Positions 45,870 to 46,808 of a DNA stretch of 46,808 bases are shown here, in pieces. Origin of the DNA: a virus (Duplodnaviria > Caudoviricetes); IMG/VR virus record IMGVR_UViG_3300022666_000335, positions 1 through 46,808 of that record; one strand, 5' to 3'. Made by a program: the position numbers and the translations under genes. Below the pieces are notes generated by a model. The model had not been told where the DNA came from, ran no database searches, and was given only the letters and a program-made list of their open reading frames with translations. Numbering within the stretch: position 1 is the stretch's first letter; each line of letters opens with the position of its first letter.

Positions 45870-46808
45870 TTACCCTCCCTTTGATCGATTAGCAATTCGG
45901 TCTAACAGCTGCGAGGCCGGCATCCGGTTCACAGCCGGCTGATTTTCTTTTCCGCTCGGCAACTTCTGCTTCTGCCCCGGCTTCTTGTCTGGGAGCGGAT
46001 TCGTTACCACGGCCAGGGCATATTTCCAGCGCCCTGGATACGACGCATTTTTCTCGGCGAGCTGGAACGCATTTTCCCAGACATTCGGATCCGGGAACTG
46101 TTGAATCATCGAGAGAATCTCTTGATGTCGGAGCCCGTTCATCATTCCACAATACAGCGTGTACAGGTCGATGATTGATTTTTCGTTGGGCGAAAGTTCC
46201 GGCTCGGCTCTCTCTTCTCTCTTTGGTTCTTTGATGGTTATTGATGGTTGAACTGACAATGTTGTCAGTTCTGATGTGACAATTTGACAGTTCTGATGTG
46301 TCAAATTGTCAGTTCTGATGTGACAATTTGTCAGTTCTGATGTGTCAATTTGACAGTTCTGAACTGACAAATTGTCAGTTATTGACCGATCAGTACCGCC
46401 CGAATAACTGACAGATTGACAGTTAATAGATGTAGAATCCGGATTTTGCGAGGAAGGCGCTTGCGCTTTCCGGATGTTCGCCAGGGCCAACATGGCGTCT
46501 CCGAGAGCTAAACCAAACTTTTTGCAAAGCGTGGTTTGCACTTCGTCATCCGATAGGCCGGGAGTGACGAGATATCGATTGCCCCGTCGGCGATTGTGCT
46601 CAACCCACAGATCACCAGATTTCTCCAGTGTTTCAATTGAACGGATGACCGTGCGCTGAGAGAGCCGGCACTTGGCGGCGATGTAATCCAGGCTTGGCCA
46701 GCAAAATCCGTCGTCGTCGGCATTGTCGGCGATAGCCAGAATGACCAGCCGATCATTGCCGATCGCTTCGGAAATATCCCAGATGGCGGCCATTCTGCGG
46801 ATGCTCAT
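45870..46808 (-). CDS. Phage replication initiator (HTH_36-type)
   Basis: ILAIADNADDDGFCWPSLDYIAAKCRLSQRTVIRSIETLE; internal iterons; upstream of loader. Confidence 0.88.
   Translation of the reverse strand: MSIRRMAAIWDISEAIGNDRLVILAIADNADDDGFCWPSLDYIAAKCRLSQRTVIRSIETLEKSGDLWVEHNRRRGNRYLVTPGLSDDEVQTTLCKKFGLALGDAMLALANIRKAQAPSSQNPDSTSINCQSVSYSGGTDRSITDNLSVQNCQIDTSELTNCHIRTDNLTHQNCQIVTSELTTLSVQPSITIKEPKREERAEPELSPNEKSIIDLYTLYCGMMNGLRHQEILSMIQQFPDPNVWENAFQLAEKNASYPGRWKYALAVVTNPLPDKKPGQKQKLPSGKENQPAVNRMPASQLLDRIANRSKGG
46254..46424. repeat. Replication origin iterons: six ~22-bp units TG(A/T)CAA(T/A)TTG(T/A)CAGTTCTGATG plus a partial copy
   Basis: Units start at 46254, 46277, 46299, 46321, 46343 and 46365 inside the initiator gene. 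Confidence 0.85.

Noticed and set aside
46254-46380. Regular repeats as a possible CRISPR array
   Set aside because: Units are contiguous with no unique spacers and lie inside the initiator gene; they fit iterons

Overview
The window is most of an integrated temperate siphovirus-type prophage. It starts at a host junction: a short host gene tail and an intact tRNA-Arg(TCT) at 246-322, into which a large serine recombinase gene reads antisense. It ends at the start of a replication initiator gene, so the right prophage end lies outside the window. The left part holds the integrase, membrane/immunity genes and an XRE repressor / RHH switch. A + strand early/accessory arm (5.1-19.9 kb) carries two ParB-like proteins, a putative recombinase, two DUF1874/AcrIII-1-like proteins, a dual-frame C5 methyltransferase, an N4/N6 methyltransferase and a Replic_Relax-like protein. 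A long - strand arm (46.8-19.9 kb) runs through replication (initiator with iterons, DnaC-like loader), an FtsK/TraB-like plus Spd-like membrane module, holin, terminase, portal-MuF fusion, a 2H-phosphoesterase/protease/capsid polyprotein and tail genes. The host is probably a Chloroflexota (Anaerolineae-like) bacterium; this is a weak inference from my recall of the flanking gene and from protein style. Highlights: (1) a Streptomyces-plasmid-like TraB/Spd module with clt-like TGGACC repeats inside a tailed phage; (2) four 28-bp Xer/dif-like 11-6-11 sites bounding accessory gene blocks; (3) a C5-MTase split over two fully overlapping frames with WPTPT repeats; (4) an Acb1-like domain fused into the capsid polyprotein; (5) a perfect 20-bp palindrome found three times; (6) an attachment site inside the integrase 3' end. 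All protein family calls come from motifs recognised by eye, not from database searches.
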